Shown here piece by piece: positions 31,145-41,583 of a DNA stretch of 64,000 nucleotides. The stretch is from a virus. Taxonomy: Duplodnaviria > Caudoviricetes. The stretch covers positions 2,143 through 66,142 of IMG/VR virus record IMGVR_UViG_3300028563_000020; one strand, given 5' to 3'. The notes below the pieces were generated by a model, which had not been told where the DNA came from, searched no databases, and saw nothing but the letters and a program-made list of their open reading frames with translations. The translations under genes and the position numbers were made by a program. The stretch's first letter is position 1. Each line of letters starts with the position of its first letter.

Positions 31145-31382
31145 AAAAACTAAATATCTTGAAATACTTCTAGTAAGTGAATTAAAATTTAATAATTTAA
31201 TAGAAGAACAATATAATTCTGCTTCTAAAAGGAATATAAATTATTCAAAAAAATATACACGAAAAGAAATGAAAGAATTTTGGTATAATAAATTGAAAAA
31301 TATTGGCGAAAAAGAATGTGAGGAACTTTTAAGAAATATAGTATATTGTGCTAATAATAATATTTCTTATCATCCTGTTTAA
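31138..31382 (+). CDS. hypothetical protein
   Basis: Small ORF overlapping the polymerase stop; start approximate (MIKKTKYLE). Confidence 0.45.
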
Positions 31383-31414
31383 TATAATATATAAAATAAT
31401 TAATTATAGGAAAA

Positions 31415-31954
31415 ATGAATATGTTCGTAATGGTATTATTAATATGTGTTTTAATATTTACATTTTTTGAGTATATTGGTGTTTCGATACACAATATAAA
31501 AAAATATTTTATAGAAAAAAGGAAAAAACTAAAAATAAAAGATCGAATATTAAATAATTTATTACTATTATTTGAAAAAAATAAAGGTTTAAATGATGAA
31601 AAAATTTTAATATATGAAATCGATAATATTGAATATAGGGAAACACATGAACAATATAAAAAGTATTGTAATATATTTTTAAATTATAATGATTTGGAAA
31701 TGATTGATTGTTTAAATGAATTAGAAATCGATAATTTTATTAATATTAAAAGTATTCCTTGTTCATACACACTCATGGATGATTTTAAATGGATAAATAA
31801 AACATCATATTATTGTACTAACATAACAGAATTAGCCAAAGTAAAAATAAGTAAAGGTGGATTTATTGAGAAATATAATAAACGATTGATATTAATATTT
31901 ACTTCAATTATAGTTCCTATAACTATAGCAATTATAGAAATTATATTTCGTTAA
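31415..31954 (+). CDS. hypothetical membrane protein
   Basis: Hydrophobic segments at both termini. Confidence 0.55.
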   Translation: MNMFVMVLLICVLIFTFFEYIGVSIHNIKKYFIEKRKKLKIKDRILNNLLLLFEKNKGLNDEKILIYEIDNIEYRETHEQYKKYCNIFLNYNDLEMIDCLNELEIDNFINIKSIPCSYTLMDDFKWINKTSYYCTNITELAKVKISKGGFIEKYNKRLILIFTSIIVPITIAIIEIIFR

Positions 31955-31991
31955 TGTAATTAATTAACTATTTATATAAAATAATCACATA

Positions 31992-32432
31992 ATGAAAGAA
32001 AATTTATTACGCAAAATAGTTAATGAGATCATTGATTCTAATGGAGATATCATAGGAAAAGAAGATATGCCAGATAATGATGGAAACATGGATTCAATGG
32101 CAAATACAACATCAGATAAAACACAAATGGTTGGGCATCAGAGTTATAGGTCAAATTATGCTGGACTTCTTGGGTTTAGTGTAATGGAAGATAAAGAAAA
32201 AGATGATTCTAATGTAATTGAAGAAGATAAGATATCCGATGAAAAGAGTGATGATAAATCAATTAATAAGGAAAAATCAACTGGAAATGATGTATTAGAT
32301 AAAAAATTGAAGGATATTGCTGATGTTCTTAATAAAAAATTCGATAAAACTCAATTGAATAAATTAGTGAATCTACTTGAAGTCAATCGCCCTTTAGCTA
32401 ATGAAGTAAGGGGCTTGAACCGTAAGGTTTAA
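31992..32432 (+). CDS. acidic putative head-associated protein; C-terminus altered by IscB insertion
   Basis: Late motif upstream; last 16 codons (VNRPLANEVRGLNRKV) run into the omegaRNA. Confidence 0.6.
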   Translation: MKENLLRKIVNEIIDSNGDIIGKEDMPDNDGNMDSMANTTSDKTQMVGHQSYRSNYAGLLGFSVMEDKEKDDSNVIEEDKISDEKSDDKSINKEKSTGNDVLDKKLKDIADVLNKKFDKTQLNKLVNLLEVNRPLANEVRGLNRKV

Positions 32433-32650
32433 GGGTAACGGGTTGATTAGGGGGCAAAAAATTAAAAAATAATGCAGCAGTTAAAACAGAGAACTAAAAA
32501 GAACACACCTACGAATGCTTCACAAGTTCGTAGCAACTGTGGTTTACTATTAAACAAAGAGGAAACTCTTAGTGTAGTAGACTCAAAAACCTGTTTTAAC
32601 AATCCCGATGTGAATCAAGTTCAACATACAGAACGGTCATTAAAACCAAC
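32382..32650 (+). ncRNA. IscB omegaRNA (HEARO-like) scaffold
   Basis: GC-richer structured region starting GTCAATCGCCC, pairing with GGGTTGAT; hairpins CTACGAATGCTTCACAAGTTCGTAG and AAGAGGAAACTCTT; directly upstream of PLMP motif. Confidence 0.8.
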
Positions 32651-33821
32651 TGTGTATGTAATTAATTATAATGGCAAACCACTAATGCCTTGTAGTTATG
32701 CTAAATCTAAAAGATTAGTGAAAAAAAATGCTGCAAGTGTAATTAAGTTATACCCGTTTACAATTAAACTTAAATTTGAATGTAAAAACAAGGTACAACC
32801 AGTTACGTTAGGAATTGATAGTGGTTATAACAACATTGGTTTCTCTTGTACTAGTGAAAAATCTGAATTAATCTCTGGAACTCTTGTTTTAGATGATAAA
32901 ACATCTAAAAGATTGACAGAGAGAAGAATGTATCGTAGAAATAGAAGAAATAAACTATGGTATAGAAAACCAAAATTTTTAAATAGAAAGAAGAAAGAAG
33001 GTTGGTTAGCACCATCAATCCAAAGAAGATATGATACTCATTTATCTTTGATTAAAAAATTAAAATCTATATTACCTATAGCAGAGGTGATTATGGAGAC
33101 CGCTAATTTCGATATACAAAAGATCGAAAATCCTGAAATAACAGGAATTGATTACCAACAAGGTAATATGTATAATTATCAAAATGTTAGAAGTTATTTA
33201 ATGGCTAGAGAAAAGGGATTGTGTCAGTTATGTAATAAAGAATTTACAAAAGGTAACTCAAGTCATATACATCACTGTAAACCAAGAAGCAAAAATGGAT
33301 CAAATAGGGCAAAGAATCTTGCATTATTACATGAAAAATGTCATACCAAACTTCATAAACAAGGATTAAAACTAAAACCTGCTAAAATTTATAAATCAAA
33401 TACGTTTATGTCAATCATCCGTAAGAGGTTTTGGAATGATATACTTGATTTGAAAGTTACTTATGGTTACATAACCTTTTTAAAAAGGCAAGAATTTGGA
33501 ATAAATAAAAGTCATAATAACGATGCTTTTATCATTGCAAATGGATCAATACAAGAAAGAATAAAATCAATTAATATTAAACAAAAACATAGAAATAATA
33601 GAGCAATTCAATTAAACAGAAAGGGATTTAAACCCTCTATACGCAAACAAAGATATGCAATACAACCAAAGGACTTAATTTGGATATGTAACAAAAGATA
33701 TGTTGTTATTGGTATACAAAATAGCGGAGCTTATATTAAGGTTGAAAATTGCAAGAAAATTTTACCTGTAAGCCAGATTATAAAGATTTATAACTTTGGA
33801 AGTTTAACATACAATAATTAA
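32472..33821 (+). mobile_element. iscB: IscB RNA-guided nuclease (IS200/IS605 OMEGA)
   Basis: KPLMPC, RuvC-I GIDSG, bridge helix RRMYRRNRRNK, RuvC-II IMETANFD, HNH CQLC...HIHH...N...HEKCH, RuvC-III SHNNDA. True start may be GTG 32652. Confidence 0.92.
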
Positions 33822-33890
33822 CAGTGCCATTTGACCAACGAGACTGAATATTTCGTAGTTTTCTGGCATAAATATATAAATAAAAAAACG

Positions 33891-35150
33891 ATGAATTCTG
33901 AATTATATGGCAATGAATATACTATTCCAGATAAAATATTAAATAATATTAATAAAGTATTAATTAATAATCCGAATGATGAAGGTATAAAAAGGGCTAA
34001 ATATTTATTAAATAATAAACGCATAAGTTATAGTAATCTTAAACGTCTAAAAAATTTCTTTGATCATTATTCCCCTACTGTAAATTCTGAAGTGCAATTT
34101 CAATTATCTGGTGGTCTTGAGATGAAAAATTGGATAGATAGTATATTAAATTCCGAACGAAAATCTGTTGAAACAAGCAAGGAAATAAGACAAGATATGA
34201 GTGATAATAATGTCAATAAAGATCTTAAGATTAATAATGATATTAGTAGAAGTATTCATGAAGATGTGGATAGTAATAATCAAAATAATATATTAGATAA
34301 TCCTAATTTTAAAAAATGGTTTAGTGGATCTAAGGTTGTTGATGGTAGTGGTAAACCTTTAAAAGTATTTCATGGAACAAACAAAGAGTTTGGCGAGTTT
34401 GAAAGAACATCTGGACAATTTGGTAGCGGAATGTATTTTTCAAGAAATAAAGATGATGCAAATTATTATGCAATTCTTAAAGGGGGAGAACAAAATATAA
34501 TGCCTGTTTATCTTTCAATAAAAAATCCATTTTATTATGATATATATAATGATAAAAAATCGTTACCAACAAGAACTAATTTAATTAAGAAAGGATACGA
34601 TGGTGTTATTGGTAAAACATCAAATGGAACAGAAGAAATTATTGCTTTTTATCCTAATCAAATAAAATCAGCTACTGGTAATAATGGTAATTTTAGTACA
34701 ACATCCAATAATGTAAATGAAAATATTAATAATGTTGATGAAATATGTAATCCAGATACTATTAGTGATTGCGCTATAGCTATTATATTTAATAATGATA
34801 GAAAAATATTGTTACTTAAAAGAAGTGAAAATATTGGTTGGATGAATGGAAAGTGGGCATTAGTTGGAGGATCTGTTGAAGAGAATGAAACTCCATTAGA
34901 AGCAGTAAAACGTGAAATATTTGAGGAAACAAAGATCAATATAAGTAAAATTAAAGAGAAAATATGTTTTGATAGAAACATAAATAAAGAATATTTATTT
35001 GCAGCTAAGTTTGATGGTAATGATGATGATATTGTACTTAATGAAGAACATTCAGCTTATGGATTTTTTAATTTAAATGAGATTAAATTATTGGACATTG
35101 TTCCTAATATCATTTCTTACGTAAATATTGCTATAAAGGATTATAATTAA
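33891..35150 (+). CDS. multidomain protein: N-terminal phage domain + ADP-ribosyltransferase-like (polyvalent-protein type) + NUDIX hydrolase
   Basis: NFKKWFSGSKVVD...VFHGT...GMYFS...VYLSIKNP...GYDGVI...EIIAF; NUDIX box GGSVEENETPLEAVKREIFEET; ATG 33891 preferred over TTG 33831. Confidence 0.75.
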   Translation: MNSELYGNEYTIPDKILNNINKVLINNPNDEGIKRAKYLLNNKRISYSNLKRLKNFFDHYSPTVNSEVQFQLSGGLEMKNWIDSILNSERKSVETSKEIRQDMSDNNVNKDLKINNDISRSIHEDVDSNNQNNILDNPNFKKWFSGSKVVDGSGKPLKVFHGTNKEFGEFERTSGQFGSGMYFSRNKDDANYYAILKGGEQNIMPVYLSIKNPFYYDIYNDKKSLPTRTNLIKKGYDGVIGKTSNGTEEIIAFYPNQIKSATGNNGNFSTTSNNVNENINNVDEICNPDTISDCAIAIIFNNDRKILLLKRSENIGWMNGKWALVGGSVEENETPLEAVKREIFEETKINISKIKEKICFDRNINKEYLFAAKFDGNDDDIVLNEEHSAYGFFNLNEIKLLDIVPNIISYVNIAIKDYN

Positions 35151-35209
35151 TAATCGTTATTTAAAGTATTTATAATAAAAATAATAATAAATATTAAAAA
35201 TATAAAATT

Positions 35210-35443
35210 ATGTCAAAATTAAGTGATCAAGGTGCTATATTATCTGTACAGCAGACGACGAAAAATGTTTTTAAGCAAGGAAATGAATATAATATTGGTA
35301 ATAAAGCAGCTATTTCGCCAATTGGAAATGCACCTGATAGTGCTGGTAATACAGGTGATGCTGCTGATATAAAAGCTCGTGCTAGTATGCTGGTGAAAAA
35401 TAAATTTAAGGATGGCAATGAATATAATTTGAATAATGCTTAA
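35210..35443 (+). CDS. small virion protein (putative)
   Basis: Late motif upstream; internal repeat KNxFKxGNEYN twice. Confidence 0.55.
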   Translation: MSKLSDQGAILSVQQTTKNVFKQGNEYNIGNKAAISPIGNAPDSAGNTGDAADIKARASMLVKNKFKDGNEYNLNNA

Positions 35444-35457
35444 AATAAGATAGTTTT

Positions 35458-36210
35458 ATGTTTTTATTTGATAAAGAAACAAAAAATAAATCTGGTGTAT
35501 ATGCTATTATTAATAAAGTTAATAATAAGTTATATGTGGGTAGTGCATCATGCTTTTATAATAGGTTACATGCTCATTATAGTGAATTGATTAATAATAA
35601 ACATGCTAATAGTTATTTACAAAATAGTTGGAATGAATATGGTGAAGAATCATTTTATTTTGAAATTATCGAGTTTGTTGATATTATTGAAAACAAAGAT
35701 TTATTAATCGAAAGAGAACAATACTGGCTTGATTATTACCAATCATATATAAGAGATAAAGGTTATAACTTACAACCATGTTCTAAAAATGCGTTAGGTT
35801 ATAAACATAGTGAAGAAACTAAGAAAAAATTAAGTAAATTAAGATCAGGAAAAGGAAATCATAATTATGGAAAAGTAACACCTCCTGAAGTTAGAGAAAA
35901 AATAAGTGAAAGTCTTAAAGGAAAAATGCTTGGTGTTAAATTTACTGAAGATCATAAAAGAAAAATAAGTAAAGCAAATAGAGGGAAAAAAATGTCAGAT
36001 GATGCAATAAAAAAATCATCAGAATCACGTAAAGGTATGTATATTGGCGAAAAAAATCCATCAGCAAAATTAACAATTAATCAAGTTATAGAAATTCGTG
36101 AGAAATATACATCAGGGAATTATTCTTATAGTGATTTAGGAAAAGAGTATGGTGTTGATAGAATGCATATTGGTTCAATAATAAGAAGAAAAACATGGAA
36201 GCATATTTAA
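35458..36210 (+). CDS. GIY-YIG homing endonuclease with NUMOD3 repeats
   Basis: SGVYAIIN...YVGSA...R...H; EREQYWLD; GYN; HSEETKKKLS repeats. Confidence 0.9.
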   Translation: MFLFDKETKNKSGVYAIINKVNNKLYVGSASCFYNRLHAHYSELINNKHANSYLQNSWNEYGEESFYFEIIEFVDIIENKDLLIEREQYWLDYYQSYIRDKGYNLQPCSKNALGYKHSEETKKKLSKLRSGKGNHNYGKVTPPEVREKISESLKGKMLGVKFTEDHKRKISKANRGKKMSDDAIKKSSESRKGMYIGEKNPSAKLTINQVIEIREKYTSGNYSYSDLGKEYGVDRMHIGSIIRRKTWKHI

Positions 36211-37016
36211 ACGAAAATAATTTCATTAAAGAAAATATAAAAGATTTTCGAATGTTACTTACAGAAGGTGTGAGCCAAAATGATATTATTGATGCTATAA
36301 AAAACAGGAAAGTTATATATATTTTTTACAATGGAGATGCCACAATATCAAGAGGTTACAGAACTTGTGAACCATATGCAATCGGAATTAGCACTGCCGG
36401 AAATTTAGTTTTACGAGCTTTTCAACAAGCTGGAAGTAGTGATAGTAATAAAGGATTAAAAAGACCTATTAGACCAGATAAAGATCTTCTTCCCTCTTGG
36501 CGATTGTTTTATGTCGATTCGATTACATCATTATTACCTACTGGTAAGCATTTTGCCACAACCCCTAATAAAATTAGACCAAAATACAATCCAAATGATA
36601 AGCAGATGAGTGAAATCATTTTTGCTATTCAGCCATCAGATACTGATATAAAGTTTATTGGTAGAGACTCGGTTACAGAACCGGATGCAACAATACAAAA
36701 GGTTGATACTGGTGATAAAGATCAATTAGGCAAAGAAATACAAAAAAAACAAGAATTAACAAAAGAAAAGATAATTGACCTTTATGACCTAGTAAGAAGA
36801 CATTATAAAAAATCTGTTAAAGACTTTATTGTTGTTAATAAAAACAATGAATATATGTTGGACTATGAACGCAACAAAAACAAATATAATCCTAATGATG
36901 TAATGGGAAATTTATATCAGTTATTTAATCAGTATACTGGTCAGGAAGGGTTTAAATTATCAAATAAATGGATAGATCAACAAAGAAAAGATTTTGCGAA
37001 TAAAATGAAGCAATAA
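36195..37016 (+). CDS. WYL-like domain protein
   Basis: AIKNRKVIYIFY...RTCEPYAIG...LRAFQ...WRLFYVDSI. Confidence 0.55.
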   Translation: MEAYLNENNFIKENIKDFRMLLTEGVSQNDIIDAIKNRKVIYIFYNGDATISRGYRTCEPYAIGISTAGNLVLRAFQQAGSSDSNKGLKRPIRPDKDLLPSWRLFYVDSITSLLPTGKHFATTPNKIRPKYNPNDKQMSEIIFAIQPSDTDIKFIGRDSVTEPDATIQKVDTGDKDQLGKEIQKKQELTKEKIIDLYDLVRRHYKKSVKDFIVVNKNNEYMLDYERNKNKYNPNDVMGNLYQLFNQYTGQEGFKLSNKWIDQQRKDFANKMKQ

Positions 37017-37077
37017 TTTAAATTTTTTATAAAAATCATACTATTTATAAAAAATAATAAAATTTTATAATACTAAT

Positions 37078-37833
37078 ATGGCAGGATTAAATTTAGATAA
37101 ACTTAAGAATGAAATAAATTCACGTAAACAGGAACGTGGAGATGAAGTAGTAGCTTTAGCTGGAGAAGGAAAAGCATCATTACCAAAAGATATGATGTTA
37201 CATAAAATTATTGAAGCAACTAAAACAGGAAGGGTAAATGAAGCAATTATTGCAATTAAAACTGTTGATCATAATGCAAATAATGTTGCTGGTGTTGAAA
37301 AATCTAAGTATAATGCAATGGCATTATCTCCTGATTTAAATGTTCATATAAATTCTTCGGTTAATGAAACATCTAAGCCATTATCACAAGCATTATCAAA
37401 TAATACCACACCAACATCATATAAACCTCCTGTTGAATCAATAAATCAATTAAATGAAGAAAAGGAAAGAGGATTATATGATGAAATTGAAAGAATGAAT
37501 AGTCATCAAAAAAAGATGAACCCTAATTATCCAACAGTTAACCCACTGGCAAATACTAATAATATGAATAATAATAATCAATCACAACAAATATTAAATG
37601 AAAATGCGTTTGTTGAAAGTGTTGAAAAAAGGGTATTAACAAATTTAAATGAAAGCTTAGGTGCTGGTATTAAAGAAATATTAAAAGAAACAGTATTAGA
37701 GCTATATACAGTTAATAAAATAAAAGATGTATTAACTGAAAATACTGAAATAACAAAAAAGATGCTTAATGAAAATAGAGCATATTTAAAACAAATTGTG
37801 ATTGAAATTATAAGAGAATTGCAGAAAAAATAA
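37078..37833 (+). CDS. hypothetical (scaffold/core-like) protein
   Basis: Late motif upstream; several (I/L)xE motifs; low complexity. Confidence 0.5.
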   Translation: MAGLNLDKLKNEINSRKQERGDEVVALAGEGKASLPKDMMLHKIIEATKTGRVNEAIIAIKTVDHNANNVAGVEKSKYNAMALSPDLNVHINSSVNETSKPLSQALSNNTTPTSYKPPVESINQLNEEKERGLYDEIERMNSHQKKMNPNYPTVNPLANTNNMNNNNQSQQILNENAFVESVEKRVLTNLNESLGAGIKEILKETVLELYTVNKIKDVLTENTEITKKMLNENRAYLKQIVIEIIRELQKK

Positions 37834-37857
37834 ACATCAATATAACTACAAACAATG

Positions 37858-37892
37858 AAAATCCTGAAAATGTTAACGATTCAGGATTTTTT
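37858..37892 (+). terminator. intrinsic terminator
   Basis: AAAATCCTGAA...TTCAGGATTTT stem then T-run. Confidence 0.7.
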
Positions 37893-37948
37893 ATTATAAC
37901 AAATATTATATAGTATTTATATTAAAATATTATATATAATTTTATTTT

Positions 37949-40321
37949 ATGGCAAAAATCACATTGTATCAAGAACCAAATAAGCAACAAGTCAATATTG
38001 ATCTTAATGAATTAATGGATTTAAATAAGGAAGATGAATTAACAAATTTTGTTGCTCCACAATTTGATCATAATATGGGTTTTAATATTGATCAACAAAA
38101 AGTTTCTGAATTTGATAATACTATTCCAGAAAATAATAAAGATATTGTTGTTGGTGAAGATTTAGAATATTCTCATGCAAGTAATGCAAATAATGATGAA
38201 TACGAATTAGGTGAAGAAAAAATTAATGCTATTACTAATAATATTAGTGAACGTATTAAATATTATATGCCAGGAAGTGTTGAAGTTGCAGTCAAGAAAA
38301 AATGTACTATTGGGGGTAATGGTGATGGTACATCGACTGCTTGCAATCAAGGAGATGTTAACAATCTTATATTAACACCTATTCCTGCTGAAAATAAAGA
38401 AACTAAAAATATTCCTAATCAATTACATGAAGATGAAAGTAATGATATTGATTATGAAAATAAATTAATTGAACTACAAAAAAAATTTCCTGATTATGAT
38501 TTAAGATATGACAAATCTTTAAAATTTAAAAATAGTTATATTGGAACATTATATAAAAATGATGAATATTTATACGGATTAAAAGGCCCTGTATCTATTA
38601 AACAATTATATGATTTTTATTATAATATTTTGAATAAAAATAAAATAAATGAAGATGATAGAAATAATAATCCAAAATATGAATATAATGCTCTAATGTT
38701 ATATTTTGATATTCCAAATTGGAATAAGATAACATCATTTATTAATAAAAATGATTTATGCGATAATAATGATTTAGTGATTGAACAAAATCCTCATGTA
38801 ACACTATCTTATGGTTTTGATAATATTAGTGTTGATGAAATATTTGAATTATATAAAGCAATTACAAAAATTGAACCAATAACTGTAATATTAAAAGGAA
38901 TACAATGTTTTGAAAATAATGATAATGATGTACTAAGTTTTATTGTTGAATCACGTAATTTAATAAGATTTCATAGATATTTAAATGAATTACCACATAT
39001 AAATAATGAAAAAAATATGAATTATGTTCCTCATATGACAATTGCCTATTTAAAGAAAGGAACAGGTAATAAATATTGTAAGCTATTTAAAAATGATAAG
39101 TTTATTACAAGTAATAAATTAGTGTTTTCTGATAAGGGTGAAAATGAAACTATATTGAATTTAAATAATAATTTAAATATTAAAGATAATATTACTGAAA
39201 GTCCTGATGGATTTAATATTAATGGTACTAGAGCTAGTTGGGAGAGTGCTGATGCAATTCCATTTACTATGATTAATGGTTATAATGATAAGATATTTAT
39301 TGGTGATAAGAGTGAAACACATCTTAACCTCATACATAAATATAATTTATCGCCAAAATTAATTTTATTAAGAGACTCTGAATTTATTAATGATGGTAGA
39401 ATATGGATGAATAAAAAAATAATATCTTTTTGGAAATATCCTTCACAAGCTGATTATAAAAACTTTATAATAAATTTAGGAAAAGCATTAAATATTGATA
39501 TTTGGAATGATCCAGATTATAAATTAGAGATAGAACATAATAATAAACAAGAATTAATACCAATACAGCAATATTCAGGCAGTGTAAATCCGCCAGAATC
39601 AGAAAAATTGAAACATTTACAATCTCCAATGGAAAAAAAGAACGTAAATGTTCCACAAGGTGTTGGTTCTAAGAAATATTTAGAAAAAAAGCCTTTAGAA
39701 TATCAACAAGCATTACACACTTCTGAAAGTGTTATAAAAAGTATCATATATGATATTTTAAAAGAAGATACTGATGGCCAGCCAGAAAAACAAATTATGT
39801 CAGATGTTAAATATGTTGATCAATCATCCATGAAAAATGAAAAGTGTAGTAGTTGTGGATGGTTTAATATAAACAATAATAATCAGTGTGGAATGGTTGA
39901 AGGTAATATTAATCCTGAAGGTTGGTGCAAGTTGTGGGGGACTAAAAAATTCTGTAATGAAAATTTAATTAGAAATATTATTAAAAAAGAAATATTAATA
40001 GAAAATAAAAGTAAATATTCCGAAACTAAAGATGCTTTGATAAATTCTAAAAGTATTTCTAAAGAAGTTAAAAATGAAATATTAAAATATTTAACATCTG
40101 GATCATCATATAAATTAAGTAAACATGGAAATGGCGGTTTTATTAATGGTCTGATAAAGCCTAAAGAATTTACAGAAAAAACATCTAAATCAAGCGGAGT
40201 TTCATTAGGTGCTGATAATGATGGATTTTATTGTTACACACATCGCGCAAGGTCAAAAAGTTATGAAATACCTGGAAAAATACCAATTAAAGATATTGAA
40301 TTTATAGAATCAACAGGATGA
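37949..40321 (+). CDS. multidomain polyprotein containing 2H phosphoesterase (Acb1/T4 57B-like) and HiPIP-like Cys domain
   Basis: Two HxT motifs PHVTLSYG and PHMTIAY; CSSCGWF...C...INPEGWCKLW. Confidence 0.7.
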   Translation: MAKITLYQEPNKQQVNIDLNELMDLNKEDELTNFVAPQFDHNMGFNIDQQKVSEFDNTIPENNKDIVVGEDLEYSHASNANNDEYELGEEKINAITNNISERIKYYMPGSVEVAVKKKCTIGGNGDGTSTACNQGDVNNLILTPIPAENKETKNIPNQLHEDESNDIDYENKLIELQKKFPDYDLRYDKSLKFKNSYIGTLYKNDEYLYGLKGPVSIKQLYDFYYNILNKNKINEDDRNNNPKYEYNALMLYFDIPNWNKITSFINKNDLCDNNDLVIEQNPHVTLSYGFDNISVDEIFELYKAITKIEPITVILKGIQCFENNDNDVLSFIVESRNLIRFHRYLNELPHINNEKNMNYVPHMTIAYLKKGTGNKYCKLFKNDKFITSNKLVFSDKGENETILNLNNNLNIKDNITESPDGFNINGTRASWESADAIPFTMINGYNDKIFIGDKSETHLNLIHKYNLSPKLILLRDSEFINDGRIWMNKKIISFWKYPSQADYKNFIINLGKALNIDIWNDPDYKLEIEHNNKQELIPIQQYSGSVNPPESEKLKHLQSPMEKKNVNVPQGVGSKKYLEKKPLEYQQALHTSESVIKSIIYDILKEDTDGQPEKQIMSDVKYVDQSSMKNEKCSSCGWFNINNNNQCGMVEGNINPEGWCKLWGTKKFCNENLIRNIIKKEILIENKSKYSETKDALINSKSISKEVKNEILKYLTSGSSYKLSKHGNGGFINGLIKPKEFTEKTSKSSGVSLGADNDGFYCYTHRARSKSYEIPGKIPIKDIEFIESTG

Positions 40322-40689
40322 TGGAAAATAAAATAGATAAATATTACTTTATATCAAAAAACAATAATGAATATGTTTTATATTTCATTCAAAGAAATGA
40401 TAATGAATATGAAATTTATTTTGATTTAAAAGATAACGAATTTAAAGATATTAATTATAAAAAAACAAATTTATTTGAACAATTCGAAGTTCTTAGAAAT
40501 ATTTGTTGGAAAATAAGTGGCTCTCTTTATAAATATCCTAATATAAAATTTTATATTAAAATTTTTAATGAGCAATTTAAATATATATATGACTATATTG
40601 TTGAAAATCATTCTTATCATTTATTCTATGACGTTGAAATAAAAGATGAATATATGATTTTTGCTAGAAACGATGTTACAATATTTTAA
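40318..40689 (+). CDS. hypothetical protein
   Basis: ATGA overlap with upstream gene. Confidence 0.55.
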   Translation: MMENKIDKYYFISKNNNEYVLYFIQRNDNEYEIYFDLKDNEFKDINYKKTNLFEQFEVLRNICWKISGSLYKYPNIKFYIKIFNEQFKYIYDYIVENHSYHLFYDVEIKDEYMIFARNDVTIF

Positions 40690-40712
40690 ATAAAAAATAA
40701 ATAATTAAAATA

Positions 40713-41537
40713 ATGACAATATTTAGAAAATCAAAACAATTACCAAATATTAAGATTCCTTACACTGAAGTTGTAAAGGAGCTGGCTAAAAATGGTATTC
40801 ATCATAAACTAATTAGTATTGATCCAAATATATTAAAACCAATACATAGTATACTTGTTGGTGGTATAAATGAATCAGATGATGACAATACTGAACCAAT
40901 ATATATTACAGATGATCATTCTGTTATTGATGGGCATTATAAATTAGCTAATGCATTAATGAAGAAGAAACCTTATATTAAAGCAGTTAAAATTTTCTTA
41001 AATGTTGATGATGCATCTAATATATTAAATAATATTCAAAATTTTCATGAATATAAGAGTAAGAAAGAATTAGAAGAAGTTGCTGCTCAAGATTATATTA
41101 ATGCTGAAAATAATGCAGATACTGGTTCAACACAAAGTGAATTTTTAGGTTCATTGGATGATAAATCAATGATTATTGATAAAGCACCATATCAATTAAC
41201 TGAAAAAAAAGGTGAAAAGATTATTGGGTATCGTAATTCACCAATTAATGAAAAATCTAATGTTGGTAATTTCTTTTTATTAGATCCTCAGGAAGGTTTT
41301 GACAAATATGAAATAGAATTCGATAATTTACTTGATTTTTCTGATCTTAAAAGTAAATATGATAATCCAGTTGAATATCTTGCTGGTTTATGGTTTCCAC
41401 ATGTAGATTTTAATAAATTATCTGTTGAACATGGTATACCATCAATAAATCTTATTAATAAAGCAATCGCTGATAAAGCAATGAGCATGGGATTTGATGG
41501 GATACTTTATAAAAATATGGTTCAAGCATTGAAATGA
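40713..41537 (+). CDS. ParB/Srx-like N-terminal domain protein
   Basis: PIYITDDHSVIDGHYKL; C-terminal GFDGILY. Confidence 0.5.
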   Translation: MTIFRKSKQLPNIKIPYTEVVKELAKNGIHHKLISIDPNILKPIHSILVGGINESDDDNTEPIYITDDHSVIDGHYKLANALMKKKPYIKAVKIFLNVDDASNILNNIQNFHEYKSKKELEEVAAQDYINAENNADTGSTQSEFLGSLDDKSMIIDKAPYQLTEKKGEKIIGYRNSPINEKSNVGNFFLLDPQEGFDKYEIEFDNLLDFSDLKSKYDNPVEYLAGLWFPHVDFNKLSVEHGIPSINLINKAIADKAMSMGFDGILYKNMVQALK

Positions 41538-41583
41538 AATAATAATTAATACTATTTATAATAAATTATAAAAAATACACAGT

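Noticed and set aside
35444-36210. Group I intron around the GIY-YIG gene
   Set aside because: Only 14 nt of upstream spacer and an overlap with the next gene leave no room for an intron core; it is free-standing.
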